Positions 29,355 to 38,700 of a stretch of DNA of 64,000 bases are shown here, piece by piece. The notes under the pieces are model-generated. The model was given only the letters and a program-made list of their open reading frames with translations, made no database searches and was not told the origin of the DNA. The position numbers and the translations under genes are program-made. This DNA comes from Octopus sinensis (lineage: Eukaryota). The DNA lies in NCBI RefSeq assembly GCF_006345805.1, contig NC_043011.1, positions 25,060,464 to 25,124,463 of the forward strand, read 5' to 3'. Numbering within the stretch: the stretch's first letter is position 1; each line of letters starts with the position of its first letter.

Positions 29355-32175
29355 ATTCTGGTATTCATTTACATATGAAAGCGACCTTCAGTCAAACTTT
29401 TTTTTCAAAACTAAACTGTAAACAGATTTATATACACCTCTTGATAGAAAGATAAAAAAAAAAAATAAATAAAACTGGAACTAAATTGATAAATTTTCAA
29501 TACAAAGAACAAGATTACGTATATTTGATTAACGTCCAAGCTTTAGACCTTTCTAGACTAAGAGAACGTATCAAAATATTCTCGTGTATAGTGTCTACAA
29601 TAGTAAGTATCTACATAGTATGTGTAAAAAAAAAAAGTGTCACTAGTTGCATGTCTCTTACTGTATCAATAATAGTATGAACTACAACTGCCAAAATTTC
29701 TTTCTCTGTATCTCCTGAAAGAATAGATAGCTCGTATTCCACCAGCTCTGTGAGAGTTTCCTTGAAAAAGACAGCGGAAACACTGAAACTAACGAGTGTT
29801 TTGTTTGAAATATATCGTATATGTTTTACTAGAGGATAAGCTACAGTTACTACCCAAGAAAGTTCGTATCTCTCTATTTTTAATGCTATCCATGAAAGCT
29901 ACGGTATACAACGCACCTTTCTTTACTCTTTTACCTGTTTCAGTCATTTGACTGTGGCCATGCTGGAGCACCGCCTTTAGTCGAGCAAATCGACCCCAGG
30001 ACTTATTCTTTGTAAGCCTCGTACTTATTCTATCGGTCTCTTTTGCTGAACCGCTAAGTAACCAGCATTGGTTGTCAAGCGATGTTGGGGGGGGGGACAC
30101 AGACACACAAACATATATACATACATACAGGCTTCTTTCAGTTTCCGTCTACCAAATCCACTCACAAGGCTTTGGTTGGCCCAAGGCTATAGTAGAAGAC
30201 ACTTGCCCAAGGTGCCACACAGTTTATACCAACCATGTGGTTGATAAGCAAGCTACTTACCACACAGCCACTCCCACACCTCTTACAAAAACTTTTATAA
30301 ATAAATATCATAAGAGATAAATACTAATGTACAGAAGATTTAGATTTCCAAGACATCTCGCAAACAGACCTCCGTTCTAAGAGCCAATTGTCAGCCAGCG
30401 AAGAAGCTTTTACGTGGTCGATCGAACTGCTAAAAATGCCAGTGAAATCTCCATCAACTCACATTCTACCGTCTTAGAAAAGAAGTACAAATTTAATAAG
30501 GTTATGATTTCCCCAGCACCTAGGGAAAATTGGGTGGCCACGGTTGGAATGCACTTGATCATAAATCTGCTGGATAAGGGCCAAATATTTTATTTCAAAC
30601 AATACTTCTAGATATACCCTCATAGTCAAAATATGTGTTGAATGGATGAGTATAATAGTAACTATTAGCACAATCAGTGAGTTATTTATTGCTTCTTTGC
30701 ATCACAGGTGCCCATGCAGTAAAATACCTACAACAAGGGGTATTTCAATATACGACGCCAAGTAGCTACAATAACAAACAAGCACATTCTAAAGGATGAA
30801 TGACTTTGAGAAAGGGGTCATACGATTGGTGAAGATATACTTAGGGGGTGGAGACAGTGAAGATCGAAAAATAAAAGGGACGGCAAACTAAGTACCGTGT
30901 TTAATAAAATCAAAATAGCCTCTATACTTGTCCACTACCACAGCGACGAAAGAATTATATGGATGCAGACTTATTTTGTTTTCTCTTTGATAAAGCAGGG
31001 TGGCCAAAAGATTTTGCTAACATTTTTTTGAAGAGGGGAAAAGACTGATATTTGTTGTTTTGAGAACTGCCGTGATACGAACGGAGTCCACAGCACCAAA
31101 TTCTATTACGAAGCGACAAGAATAATGCACATTCGAATTCAATTTTAACACACACATACATACATAGATACATATGTACAAAGTTTACGACTAATCAACA
31201 AGTTGGCAACATTAAAACGAAGAAGCATAGTAATAATGAAAGTACTAGGGATAACGCCACCATTACTTTGATGCGAGTAGTAATTATACGCTGATTAATT
31301 TCCAGAGGTCTGCAATGAATTCAAAAGTTAGAGAATTTTTTTTTTTTCTACTAGTTAAAAATAATGCGTTATTTTATGCCATGGTTTAAACGTAAAGGAG
31401 AACGTAACGGTATTAATTGCAAACCTATTTTTATGTATGTGTGTGTGTGAAACAGTCAACGCGTATGGCTTTGATAACCTTATATAAACAAGGTAGGGTT
31501 TATAATGAAAAGCTTTCATAGTATATTTACAATGCAACAGTCACACGCGAAGGTGAATGAGTTATTTTATCAAATTATAAAGGTAATGTGAAAAATGCAA
31601 AATCAATTCATCAAATTTCTCCAGTAATATATAACTTCCCTCTTGCGAAATACAATTAAAAAAAAAACCTGAGTGCCCGTTCGTATATGTTGTTGTTTGA
31701 ACCCAACTCATTAGTGTCTAAGTATACCTATGATTAAAGTTATGACCATTTTGTAGAATTCTCGGAAAATGGATATATATATAGAGAGAGAGAGACATGG
31801 TATCTAATTTTTGTTTTAAAGACGGTATCGTGTAATTTGAGGGAGACTTGGCAGTTATTTCTAACAGATAAGACGATCGCGTAGAGCTTCTTTCTTTGAC
31901 CGTTAGTACTTGTATAAAGTCGATTTATTAATTAAAAAAAGGACTTTCAAACTAGACATTAAATAGAAACGTATAAAATAAACATTCAAAGTGAAAAAAG
32001 AGAGAGAGGGAGGGAGAGAACGAAGTATTGAACCGATGTTGTACGCTATTAGAGCACAAGTACATTACTACTGACCAACTTTTAGTCTCGTGCATAACTT
32101 TGTCAATGTATACATATGCTATCAGCGACATGCTACTTGCACGAACACTGCACTCCACTGAGCACTTAGCAAGTC

Positions 32176-32223
<48 letters not shown>

Positions 32224-32511
32224 CACACACACTCACATGTGTGTGTGTGTGTATGATGTTGAATGAAAACATAGCATTTCATTAACGTGATCACAACATT
32301 CTAATTTAATTTCGTCTGCAGGACAAAACAGATAGCTATCATATTTATGACAGACGAATAAACACCAGAAAAGGCTTGTATCGGCATGGTGCAACCTTCT
32401 GCTGCGGAGGAATGTAACGAAATAAACAATTGTTATAAAATAAGGGAGAGAGGAGAAAAATGTTGTTACTTGATCTCCGTCAAAGCTTCTAGCTTCATCT
32501 GTTTCATCCAT
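1389..32511 (-). CDS. SZT2: SZT2 (KICSTOR scaffold subunit), 5' part: 15 coding exons, 2003 nt / about 667 codons; gene continues beyond the left edge
   Basis: Exons (minus strand, in order): 32470-32511, 22606-22734, 19686-19865, 16011-16088, 15689-15781, 14354-14488, 11714-11894, 10186-10406, 9114-9259, 7739-7893, 6834-6930, 5297-5431, 4039-4164, 2664-2729, 1389-1607. All introns are GT-AG and phases match. The peptide carries motifs I recognise from vertebrate SZT2: LLMKKEYRISRN, LDLSPS, GILALQLLP, ELMKFIA.ATFG, RLREGY, QTDQLL.HL.SF, HDTP..K.LHTP.SNG. Confidence 0.95.
2664..2729 (-). CDS. SZT2: SZT2 exon 14 (DPSLNELIKFWNPIASLDINIW)
   Basis: ttgcag acceptor, GTTAGT donor, 66 nt, phase 2-2. 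Confidence 0.88.
4039..4164 (-). CDS. SZT2: SZT2 exon 13 (LMQTDQLLVHLHSFSS...NGLPLLPAEYSLQ)
   Basis: tttcag acceptor, GTTAGT donor, 126 nt. Confidence 0.9.
4421..4686. repeat. Foldback element, arms about 110-125 bp (4421-4530 / 4562-4686), loop about 30 nt
   Basis: e.g. CCTGCATTATGAGATCTAG versus CTAGATCTCATAATGCAGG; GTAAATATTGTCTC versus GAGACAATATTTAC. Confidence 0.85.
5297..5431 (-). CDS. SZT2: SZT2 exon 12 (RYTRVEIIIEGSYDFLHE...KYWQSLQ)
   Basis: atttag acceptor, GTGAGT donor, 135 nt. Confidence 0.92.
5618..5746. mobile_element. 129-bp palindromic TTAA-flanked MITE
   Basis: TTAA|CTTTTAGCATGCT...AGCATGCTAAAGG|TTAA, with an internal inverted pair GAGTTTTCTCCCCT / AGGGGAGAAAACTC. Confidence 0.75.
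6834..6930 (-). CDS. SZT2: SZT2 exon 11 (GESQIEVRLLLPWREYARIEYIATASWPLSPN)
   Basis: AAG acceptor, GTAAGC donor, 97 nt. Confidence 0.92.
7739..7893 (-). CDS. SZT2: SZT2 exon 10 (LLTHPV...RKKHKE...RLREGYTIKEVNLIK)
   Basis: ttgtag acceptor, GTATGT donor, 155 nt. Confidence 0.93.
9114..9259 (-). CDS. SZT2: SZT2 exon 9 (KNSGNELNVYHKAFFLWSF...)
   Basis: ctttag acceptor, AG|GTACAA donor, 146 nt. Confidence 0.88.
9565..9952 (-). mobile_element. Non-autonomous Helitron, 388 bp
   Basis: On the minus strand it begins TCTTTATATATAAA and ends with a GC-rich imperfect hairpin (CTCGAGCAACGCTGGG) followed by CTAG. It lies between host A and T with no TSD. Internal 100-bp tandem duplication at 9609-9811. 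Confidence 0.8.
10186..10406 (-). CDS. SZT2: SZT2 exon 8 (GIAVVTDG...ELMKFIATATFGGYFAVSPSV)
   Basis: ttttag acceptor, GTAAGT donor, 221 nt. Confidence 0.93.
11714..11894 (-). CDS. SZT2: SZT2 exon 7 (HELSEV...GILALQLLPENASA)
   Basis: gtatag acceptor after a T-rich tract, G|GTACTG donor, 181 nt. Confidence 0.92.
13581..13782 (-). mobile_element. 3' end of a second RTE-type LINE family with 9-bp TSD, inserted in a tRNA-SINE head
   Basis: Minus strand reads LLLWKPSTRNTRGRTLSYPDVISRDTG...AMMDREVWR plus a (GAT)n tail. TSD CAATCTTAT at 13572-13580 and 13783-13791. Confidence 0.8.
14083..14305. mobile_element. piggyBac-like MITE (about 220 bp), complete copy
   Basis: TTAA|CCCTTTAATATT...AATGTTAAAGGG|TTAA. 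Further copies at about 1875-2085, 8104-8260, 40585-40779 and 62744-62959. Confidence 0.8.
14354..14488 (-). CDS. SZT2: SZT2 exon 6 (VLCQGVLV...LQMNS)
   Basis: ttatag acceptor, GTGAGT donor, 135 nt, open frame. Confidence 0.9.
14879..14945. repeat. (TG)n microsatellite; representative of many (TG/CA)n and (TA)n tracts, e.g. 2178-2257, 25112-25152, 26002-26033, 32179-32220, 45400-45512, 48172-48206
   Basis: Directly visible. Confidence 0.95.
15689..15781 (-). CDS. SZT2: SZT2 exon 5 (FCSPGSDLALTPSLYVTVVAYTPLIACRNNF)
   Basis: ttgcag acceptor, GTAAGT donor, 93 nt. Confidence 0.9.
16011..16088 (-). CDS. SZT2: SZT2 exon 4 (DLCSGRVLWDDVYTSLKNCLTGLVQP)
   Basis: ttttag acceptor, GTAAGT donor, 78 nt, phase 0-0. 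Confidence 0.9.
17560..18459 (-). mobile_element. RTE LINE fragment (APE endonuclease region)
   Basis: [27 protein letters not shown]...IISAYAPQAG. A same-strand 3' tail copy lies at about 16985-17330. Confidence 0.85.
18460..18824 (+). repeat. Local direct duplication, copy 1 (copy 2 at 26087-26428)
   Basis: SINE tail plus about 150 bp of non-SINE flank shared, including private variants CCCCTTAACTCCAAGGTTTG and TAAAACAATAAAACAAG. Confidence 0.9.
19686..19865 (-). CDS. SZT2: SZT2 exon 3 (SDLSSEEL...YRIAFALDLSPSVSSL)
   Basis: Pyrimidine tract with AAG acceptor, GTAAGT donor, 180 nt. Confidence 0.9.
22021..22403 (-). mobile_element. tRNA-derived SINE family A, well-preserved copy
   Basis: Head with A-box-like TGGCTGTGTGG and B-box-like GGTTCAGTCCC, central (TG)n, tail ...GACTGAAACAAGTAAA. 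Other copies at about 3511-3918(+), 6097-6400(+), 14718-15138(+), 28912-29307(-), 29917-30281(-), 55472-55826(-), 60991-61375(+). Confidence 0.85.
22606..22734 (-). CDS. SZT2: SZT2 exon 2 (SAPEAKEIYLLMKKEYRISRNIRATWYFNHLNTTMTFVPPVSL)
   Basis: tttcag acceptor, GTAAGT donor, 129 nt; conserved LLMKK.YRISRN motif. Confidence 0.93.
25153..26001 (-). mobile_element. Young RTE 3'-UTR/tail copy with internal 159-bp tandem array, embedded in a (TA)n tract
   Basis: CpG-rich; (CAT)n end; three repeat units starting at 25439, 25598 and 25757; (TA)n on both flanks. Confidence 0.85.
27620..27950 (-). mobile_element. Decayed RTE reverse-transcriptase fragment
   Basis: Reverse strand reads LAFIDLEKAFDRV at about 27789-27827. 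Confidence 0.7.
28421..28820. repeat. Foldback/MITE-like element with 121-bp inverted arms (28421-28541 / 28700-28820)
   Basis: Hand alignment gives 12 mismatches in 121 nt with no gaps; spacer 158 nt. Confidence 0.9.
32470..32511 (-). CDS. SZT2: SZT2 coding exon 1 (MDETDEARSFDGDQ), putative
   Basis: acaATGG Kozak context. The phase-0 donor CAA|GTAACA fits the phase-0 acceptor of exon 2. Short acidic N-terminus, poorly conserved, so less certain than the other exons. Confidence 0.65.
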
Positions 32512-32760
32512 TGTAAGCAAGTTTGTTTTTCTTTTTTAATTTTTTCTTCTATCTTACTGAATTTCGCTGGAGACACAAAACTGTGCCCAGGTAGTTTATA
32601 AATAATCCTGTTTAATATCTCAACCCATCGAATCGTCTGAGACGACATCCATTTTGTCAATCATGTGATGACAGTAACAACATCCGCTGAACTCTCCTCT
32701 CTTGCAACACACCGGAAGTAATCAAACTTATTAGAGATATTATTTACCCGACAGATAAAC
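32512..32760. promoter_or_regulatory. Bidirectional promoter and 5' UTRs shared by SZT2 and MED8, with ETS/GABP site ACCGGAAGT at 32711-32719
   Basis: 249 bp between divergent start codons; perfect ETS consensus; CpGs retained locally; no TE insertion in the interval. Confidence 0.8.
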
Positions 32761-32766
32761 ATGCAG
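32761..32766 (+). CDS. MED8: MED8 coding exon 1 (MQ)
   Basis: aacATGCAG|GTAATT; supplies the MQ that precedes REEKQLE. Confidence 0.85.
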
Positions 32767-35700
32767 GTAATTATTGCTCGCATTATTATTGTCTTTGTTT
32801 ATTATTTCAGATTCTTTAATAGTATATCTTATCATATATAAATATATATATTATTTCTCTCAGTTTTCTAACTCCAGTTGAATTATCTAAACATTCGTAA
32901 TACGTTTCATCCGATTCATCATTTTGCTTACATATGGATCCCATGAGAAGTTTCTGAAGCAGTTATGACTGTTATATTCAAAAGTCCTAAAAAAAAACGT
33001 TTGAAAAACCATTTTTTCAGTTCATATTAATAAACTTCCGTTGATCCGTTCCTGCAGTTCTCTATTATACTTGGTAAATTAAAAGGAAAATGCTATTAAA
33101 CTCTTTAGAGATAGTGTTTCGACTACTGCATCTTAGATGTGACTTACTATAAGGTTGTCCCAAAAGTTCGTAGAAAGTCTTGGAAAATAATGGTCTTTAT
33201 TTTGAGGAATAATTTTTGTTGTTTTTGTTAGTACTTGGCGAGTAAAAATTCAATTTTCGCAAGTGTTTACGAACTTTTGGGACAATCTAATATTTAACAA
33301 TGCTGCGTATAAATGTGTGACATAAACACACTGAAATTTAATACATTTTCAATACTAAAATTGAAGCTGCGATATCTGCTAAAGTTTAAATTAAAATAAA
33401 GCTCCGCTTTTGAATTGGAGTATATCGTTTGTAAATTGCATGATAAAACAAACATTTTTACTGAGTACAATTTATATTTATATATAAATAGATGTAAATA
33501 AAACGTAACCGAGATAGTTCATGCAAACCATGTAGCATTGTACATGTGGAAATTCGGATTTGTTAATCTTATTGTTAAATTATTTGTATTTGTTTTCTTT
33601 TCATGAAAATTAATTGTAAACAATAAAAATTAGAAATATTCGTTTTATCCTGTTAAAACTCGAAATGGTTTACTTTCGATATTTATTTCAACATTGAATA
33701 ATGACTTAGGCTAATTTTGTTTGTTTTCATTATTCCCGGAAACAAACTGGATTTTGTTTTGATACTTTAGTTCAAAATGTGTATTTTGCTCTTGTAGAAT
33801 TGTAAACTAACTTTATTTCGGCTTGAAATCTCGCTACATTTGTCAGCGGTCACTCCCAGTTATCAATTTACGAATTATCCCTTGCTTTCTAAAGCAATTT
33901 CCATCATATTCTCACATAATTTCTCTATTCCTAAAACTTTATCATATAAAGCGAAACAGGTAAACAATTGTACATTTACTTTATCGCAGTACACATAATA
34001 TTCACGAGGCTTGCTCTTGACGAAAACTTAATACAAAGAATTTCAGATGATATTCTTTAAAATGAAGCTACATGCCATTTACAGACAAACCTTAATAATC
34101 AATAACTGTCTGATTGAATATATATATATATACGTGGCTGTTTGCTTCTGAATCACACGATCCTCGGCTCAGTCCCTCTGCGTGGGACCTTGGGCAAGAG
34201 TCTTCTACTATAGCTCCGGGCCGATCAGAGCCTTGTGAGTAGATTTGGTGGGTGAAAACTGAAACCGGCCCGTCGTGTATGTGTGTCTCCTTCCCTTGAT
34301 TTCGCGTGATAGTTGTTTGCCAACGAGTGCCACAGTCATGCAATTGATGTCCTTCATTGCCTGTCTTCTGTGAAAACATGTTTGGTCATGGGGAAATATT
34401 GGGTTGTTCAGAAAGTTCGTGCAGATTTTTAAAGGAAAGAAAAAGGTCAATAAATATTTGCCATTACATTTTTAATCAACCAAATTTGAACCATTTTGTT
34501 GCACAATGCGTCTCCCTCTTCCCAGAATTGAGGTGATTTTATGGCAAAGAATTCATCAAGGTATCTTTTTACGTCATCTGAGGAATTGAAATTTTTACCA
34601 TTAAGACTATTCTGCAGAGACCTGAATAAGTGGAAATCCGAAGGAGCAATATCTGGTGAATATGGAGGGTTGGGTAACACATCCTAGCCGAGCTGCAGCA
34701 ATTTTTGTCTGCTTCCCAAAGAAACGTGTGGTCTTGCATTATCATGTTGGAAAACAACACCCTTCCTGTTGGCCAATTCTGGACATTTCTCTTGAACTCG
34801 TCCAGTTGTGTGCAGTATTTGTCAGAATTAATAGTCTGGTTACTTGGGAGAATCTCATAGTACAGAATTCCTTTCCAATCCTACCAGACACAAATCAAGA
34901 CTTTTTTAGGGTAAAGACCCGCTTTTGGGGTGGCTAAAGGTGGCTCATGTCGCTTACTCCAGGATCGCTTTCTCCGAACATTTCGGTAGATAATCCATTT
35001 CTCATCACTTGTCACACTTTGCTTTAAAAAAGGCGCATTTTCATTCAGTTTATAAAGCGAATCACAGATGGAAATGTGATCCAAAAGGTTCTTCTCACTC
35101 AACTCATGTGTTACCTAAACATCGTAGTGATTTGTGTACCCAAGTTTTACCAGGTGCTCATGAATGATGGATTTTGATAGGTTGAGGCTTTCTGCCAATT
35201 CTCGGGCTGTGCAATGTGTGTTATTCTCAATTAATGACTTAATTTGGTCATCATCTGTAGAGGATGGTCTGCCTGATTGCTCTTTATCAATAAGGCTACA
35301 ATCTCCAGCTCGGAACCTTGTGAACCACTTCCATGCAGTTCTTTCGGATAAAGAAACTTCACTGTAAACTGCGCATATTTCTTTGGTTGCTTGTGAGACA
35401 TTTTTTTTCCCTTTACAGAAATAGAAAAGCATCAAGCGCTGAAAATGAACTTTCTTATCTTTCATTTTAAAGGGTTACAGAATTAACACAGGTTATAGGA
35501 ACATAAACTTTCTTCCACGAAAAGATAGCTTAAACTGTGCTCTAAATGGAGGTGTAGTCAAATCCTATTTTATGGACTCAACCTTGTTCTAAAATAAGTC
35601 AAAAGGTAAGCTACAATAAATCGGCACGAACTTTCCAGACAACCCAATATTAGAAATATTACCTTACATAGGGTTGGCGACAGAAAGGGCATCCAGTCAT

Positions 35701-38700
35701 AGAAAATTCACTTCAGCAAATGCCGTCTGACTCATGCGAGCATAGAAAAGTAGATGTTAAAATGATTATAGTATGTTATTTACTCATTTGAGTGTACTGC
35801 CATTAGGACCTCCCGCTTTTGTTTGTATGCATAGACACAATTTTATTTTCTATTATCACCATCTGGATTGAAGATTTCCACCAACAATGCATAATTATGT
35901 GAGGGATGGCAGTCACATCTTAATTCACTAAATAATCAAATTGTTGGAGGTAGAACATGCTATTTTCAACCTTTTTGCAATTATCTTAAACTTCATTTGA
36001 AATTTTTTTCTAAATTTTAAAATACAGTGGGAATTGTATATGAAACAAGTGACAAGTTTGTATTTATGTGGTATTGTTTTTATTCACTATTTTAATATTT
36101 TTCCCCATCTAAGAAAGATGCCAGAATGGCTGTGTGGTTAAGCAGTTTGCTTCTCAACCACGTGATTTTAGATTCAGTCCCACTACATGACACTTTTGAC
36201 AAATTTCTTCTATTGCCCCAGGCCAACCAGAGCCTCATGAGTGGATTTAGTAGATGAGATCTGAAAGAATCCCACCATATATACACATATGTGTGTGTAT
36301 TTGTCTTGATATTGCATAATTGCAGTAAATGAATGCCATTCATTTCCAATATTTTACCTGAACATGTCCCAACCATGGAGTAATATTTCTTTGCTTGGAA
36401 ACAGATAATAGTTGGTGACAGGAAAACCATTTGGCCGTTGAAAATTTCTCAAAATTCTATCTAACCCATGCAAGCATAGAAAAGTGGATGTTAAAACGAT
36501 GATGATGATCATTATTATCAGTATTTAATGTCCATTTTCCATACTGGCATGAGTTGGATGGATTGACAGTAACAGGCAAAGCCAGGGTCTGCACCAGGCT
36601 CCATATTCTGTTTTGGCTTGGTGTCTATAGCTGGATGCCTTTCCTAAGGCCAACCACTTTACTGACAGTAGTGGGTGCTTTTTACATGTCACCATTACCA
36701 GTGCTTTTTTTGTGATACCAGCACCCACATCAATGCTTTTTATGTGGTACCTTGGCTCTAGGATCTCAATTCTGTTGTGGTGGCTGGGTCTTCTCGAGTA
36801 CAGCAGTGTGCCACATATCTCGGTCTTCTGTCATCTCCTTCATAAGGTTCAGCAAGGATGATGATAAAGAAAGTAGGAAACAAATATTAAAATAGTAAAT
36901 GGAAACGGATTATTTTGCAAATTTGGATATTTACATACCCTTTAATATCTTTTATCCTTTCCTTTGACAAGAAAATATTTAACAAATATTTTTCATTTGA
37001 TTTTCATAGCGAGAAGAAAAACAGTTAGAAGCCGCTTTAGATACAATCACACAGAGAATTTCTGATTTGAAAAATTGTATTCACAGTTTTCTGATGAAAA
37101 TAGAACATGAATATGCTTCGATGTCATGGTGAGTAATATAATTTTTCCAGTTTTCTCTTTTTAAAGGAAAATGGAGCTTATGGCTGTTATTTAACCACAA
37201 GTCAGCCCTGATCAAACTGACTTATCAAGAATGTTCCAGTTGTGATTATCCCATAATTTTATTTATATCTATAATTGCACTATTTAATGTATCCAGTGTG
37301 ACCAATAAGATGGAGGAGAAGAAAATATGAGTGTTGCAGGAGAAATTCAGTGGTGTAATGTCAGGCAAATTACACTGAAACACTTTGCATAGTGTCATGT
37401 TAAATGATGCAATGTGATTTAAGTCCTGGTAATATAATATCATAATCATCATCATCATCGTTTAACGCCCGCTTTCCATTCTAGCATGGGTTGGACAATT
37501 TGACTGAGGACTGGCGAATCAGATGGCTGTGCCAGGCTCCAATCTGATCTGGCAGAGTTTCTACAGCTGATGCCCTTCCTAATGCCAACCACTCCGAGGG
37601 TGTAGTGGGTGCTTTTAAAGTGCTACCAACACAAGGGCCAGTCTGGTGGTACTGGCAACGGCCACGCTCGAAAATGGTTTTTTTTTATGTGCCACCTGCA
37701 CAAGAGTCAGTCCAGCAGCATTGGCAACAACCTCGCTCGAATGTTTTGTTCACATGCTACCAGCACAAGTGCTAATGAGGCGACGCTGACAACGATCACG
37801 CTCAAATGGTGCTCTTTACGTGTCAGACAGCTGCTCTGGCAGTGATCCTGCTTGGATGGAGCTGTTAGCGCTCCACTGGCATGGGTGCCAGTCATCAAAT
37901 TTGGTTCAATTTCGATTTCACTTGCCCCAACAGGTCTTCGCAAGCAGAGTTTAGTGTCCAGTGAAGGGAGGTTGGCATGGGTGCCAGTCGACGAATTTGG
38001 TTCGATTTTCGAATTCAATTTCAATTTTGATTTCACTTGCCTCAACAGGTCTTCGCAAGTAGAGTTTTGTGTCCAAAGAAGCAAAGGTATGCATAAGTGG
38101 GCTGGCTACATTCTGGTAAAGGCCATGGGTTATGGTCTCACTTGTTCTGTCGAGTCTTCTCACGCACAGCATATTTCCAAAGGTCTTGGTTGCTAGTCAT
38201 TGCCTCTGTGAGGCCTAATGTTCGAAGATCATGCTTCACCACTTCATCCCAGGTTTTCCTCTTCACCACCTCTTCCACAGGTTCCCTCAACTGCTAGGGT
38301 GTGGCACTTTTTCACACAGCTATCTTCATCCATTCTCGCCACATGACCATACCAGCGCAATCGTCTCTCTTGCACACCATAACTGATGCTTCTTAGGTCT
38401 AACCTTTCTCTCAAGGTACTTACACTCTGTTGAGTATGTACACTGACATTACACATCCATCGGAGAATACTGGCTTCATTCCTTGCAAACTTGCGCATGT
38501 CCTCAGCAGTCACGGCCCATGTTTCACTGCCATGTAGCATGGCTGTTCGTACACATGCGTCATACAGTCTGCCTTTTACTCTGAGCGAGAGGCCCTTTGT
38601 CACCAGCAGAGGTAAGAGCTCTCTGAACTTTGCCCAGGCTATTCTTACTCTAGCAGTTACACTTTCAGCACACCCACCCCCACTACTGACTTGGTCACCT

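Noticed and set aside
34447-35465. Active or domesticated transposase
   Set aside because: Multiple in-frame stops and frameshifts.
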